Made by a program: the position numbers and the translations under genes
The notes under the pieces: generated by a model
Told to the model about the DNA's origin: nothing
What the model saw: only the letters and a program-made list of their open reading frames with translations
Databases searched by the model: none
Assembly: GCA_021797745.1 (NCBI GenBank)
Contig: JAJZZD010000001.1
Coordinates: 128,468 to 192,467, forward strand
Direction of reading: 5' to 3'
Length of the DNA: 64,000 bases
From: Candidatus Micrarchaeota archaeon
Lineage (GTDB): Archaea > Micrarchaeota > Micrarchaeia > Micrarchaeales > CABMGC01
In this document: positions 62,531-64,000 of the stretch, in pieces
Layout: every line of letters begins with the position of its first letter
Position numbering within the stretch: the first letter of the stretch is position 1

Positions 62531-63061
62531 ATGCAAGAAATTGTTTTGCCAAGCGGGGTCAAAGCAGAGCTCGACTCGCTCAGCAGCGAGATAAAGATAA
62601 CCGGAAAGCTCGGCTCAACAAAGAAGAAGTACAACCAGCGATTTTCCAGCGTAAAGATAGAAACAGGCAAGATAATAATCGAAGAGAACAAGAACAAGAA
62701 GCTGGCAAGTCAGTCTGCGCTTCTTTGCAAAGTGCTTGCAAACGAGATAAACGGGGCAGTTAAAGGAGTCACTAACGGCATGGAACGCCACATGAAGGTG
62801 GTATTCGCCCATTTCCCAGTTGCAATCGAGGTGAAGCCCGGAGTGGTTCTGGTGAAGAACATATTCGGAGAGAAATATTCAAGAGAAGCGAAGATAATTG
62901 GCGACACTAAGGTAGAAGTAAAAGGCCAAGACATATTCGTTAAAGGCGTAGACGTATACGATGTAGGGCAGACTGTTGCAAACCTTAACAAGGTTTCTTT
63001 CGAAAGGAACAAGGATTCAAGGGTATTCCAAGACGGCATATACCTTGTCAGTGAAGAATGA
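62531..63061 (+). CDS. rpl6: 50S ribosomal protein L6 (uL6)
   Basis: Two-domain L6 pattern (VKAELDSLSSEIKITGKLG ... VKGVDVYDVGQTVANL). Operon order. Confidence 0.9.
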   Translation: MQEIVLPSGVKAELDSLSSEIKITGKLGSTKKKYNQRFSSVKIETGKIIIEENKNKKLASQSALLCKVLANEINGAVKGVTNGMERHMKVVFAHFPVAIEVKPGVVLVKNIFGEKYSREAKIIGDTKVEVKGQDIFVKGVDVYDVGQTVANLNKVSFERNKDSRVFQDGIYLVSEE

Positions 63062-63079
63062 ATCGATAAGTGAGTGTTT

Positions 63080-63430
63080 ATGACAAGTAAAAAATGGCAT
63101 CCACGGTTCGCGGTTCCGAATCTCGGGTCTCCTAACAGGAAAGGCATAAAGGACCGATGGAGGAAGCAGAGAGGCAAGAACAACAAGACGAGGATTGAGC
63201 AGAAAATGCACAACGCCATTCCAAAGGTAGGGTACAAGAACAGCGCAGATTCAAGGTTCGCGCTAAGTGATGGAACACGCGAAATGCTCGTGCACAACGA
63301 GAGGGAGCTTATGCGCCTGAAGGGCGTGCAAGGCTATGTGGCAGTGCTTTCGCACCAGCTTTCCGAGCGCAAAAAGGACATGCTTGCAAGCATCGCGTCA
63401 AAGAATGGTATAAAGATAGCAAACAGGTAA
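63080..63430 (+). CDS. rpl32e: 50S ribosomal protein L32e (eL32)
   Basis: DRWRKQRG...IPKVGYKNSADSRF pattern. ATG 63080 preferred over GTG 63074. Confidence 0.85.
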   Translation: MTSKKWHPRFAVPNLGSPNRKGIKDRWRKQRGKNNKTRIEQKMHNAIPKVGYKNSADSRFALSDGTREMLVHNERELMRLKGVQGYVAVLSHQLSERKKDMLASIASKNGIKIANR

Positions 63431-63458
63431 ATTTCAAAATATTTCAAAAGGTTTCAAA

Positions 63459-63950
63459 ATGAGCATCAAATTCACTAAAAGAGTCGCGGCAGAAATTCTT
63501 GGCAGAGGAGAAAACACCATAAGAATCAAAAGTTCGTCGCTCGAAGACAGCGGCAAGGCGCTCACAAGGGACGACGTAAGGAAGCTGGTAAGCAGCGGTG
63601 GTGTCTATGCGCTGCCCGCAAAGCACAACCTGAGCCTTAACGGCAAAAACCTCAGGATAAGGAGGTCGCAGGGCCGTTCCAGGGGCGCAGGAAGGAGGCA
63701 CGGGACAAGGAAGACAAGGATGGGAAGGCTGTGGGAAAAGAAGATAAGGGCTCTGAGGGTTTTGCTTTTCATACTCAAGCAAATGCGCAAATTGGACAAC
63801 AAGTCGTTCAGGCGGTATTACCTGCTTGCGAAGGGCAACACATTTGCTGACAAGCGTTCACTGCTGCTGCGCCTTGGTGATGATGGAATAAAGATAACAG
63901 AAGACGAGATGAAGCAGATAAACGAACAGATAAAGAAGATGCATGAATGA
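63459..63950 (+). CDS. rpl19e: 50S ribosomal protein L19e (eL19)
   Basis: KRVAAEILGRGENTIRI start and a basic RRSQGRSRGAGRRHGTRK segment. Operon order. Confidence 0.9.
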   Translation: MSIKFTKRVAAEILGRGENTIRIKSSSLEDSGKALTRDDVRKLVSSGGVYALPAKHNLSLNGKNLRIRRSQGRSRGAGRRHGTRKTRMGRLWEKKIRALRVLLFILKQMRKLDNKSFRRYYLLAKGNTFADKRSLLLRLGDDGIKITEDEMKQINEQIKKMHE

Positions 63951-63967
63951 TTGCAATGGATGATTGA

Positions 63968-64000
63968 ATGTCGCACAACGTCAAAAAAATACATTTCAAC
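63968..64000 (+). CDS. Start of the next operon gene, probably 50S ribosomal protein L18 (uL18); truncated by the window end
   Basis: ATG 63968 opens MSHNVKKIHFN... Assigned only from the conserved archaeal gene order L19e-L18. Confidence 0.35.
   Translation, partial: MSHNVKKIHFN

Noticed and set aside
62710-63297. 195 aa ORF on the minus strand
   Set aside because: It is antisense to the L6 and L32e ribosomal protein genes.
1-64000. Search for mobile elements, CRISPR arrays, rRNA and toxin-antitoxin pairs
   Set aside because: I recognised no transposase, integrase, Cas, repeat-spacer array, rRNA-like segment or TA module. Absence is based on visual and motif inspection only.

Overview
Compact, gene-dense archaeal chromosomal segment. 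The archaeal assignment rests on eS4, eL32 and eL19 ribosomal proteins, RNase P protein Rpp29, aEF-1beta, archease, a Dpo4-type polymerase, intron-containing tRNAs, class III (pilin-type) signal peptides, and TATA boxes about 25 nt upstream of start codons. All calls come from hand translation, motif recognition and hand-folded tRNAs, with no database search. Housekeeping content: a 2-oxoacid dehydrogenase operon (E1beta partial, E2, E3), a DEAD-box helicase, TrxB, Dpo4, AMMECR1, archease, FtsZ, Rad50, ScpA/ScpB, aEF-1beta with its Zn-ribbon partner, PAC2, P5C dehydrogenase, and the distal ribosomal protein operon (Rpp29-S17-L14-L24-S4e-L5-S14-S8-L6-L32e-L19e). There are seven tRNAs: Ile with a canonical intron, Cys, Gln, Arg, Leu with an extra non-canonical insertion, Thr and Val. 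The main accessory feature is a ~16 kb type IV pilus-like locus (19.7-35.9 kb) made of two convergent operons. One operon encodes five proteins with pilin-like N-terminal hydrophobic signals, including 1157, 725 and 863 aa proteins built from LamG jelly-roll domains and a PQQ-like beta-propeller. The other encodes a FlaI/TadA-type ATPase, a membrane platform split into two genes, wHTH/coiled-coil accessory proteins and a canonical archaeal pilin. The adhesin genes share a 64 bp perfectly identical segment, and some LamG N-terminal modules are not followed by a domain. Other notable items: a CBS x4 protein with an HPF/RaiA-like C-terminal domain, a 40 aa metallothionein-like Cys-rich ORF, a Nudix-UDG fusion overlapping an archaeosortase-like gene, three translationally coupled RCK-domain proteins lacking a K+ selectivity filter, and a mer-like cluster whose MerA-like gene has no canonical start codon ahead of its FAD-binding motif. 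No CRISPR array, transposase, integrase or rRNA was seen. The lineage guess (small-genome, possibly DPANN/Micrarchaeota-like episymbiont) is inference only.
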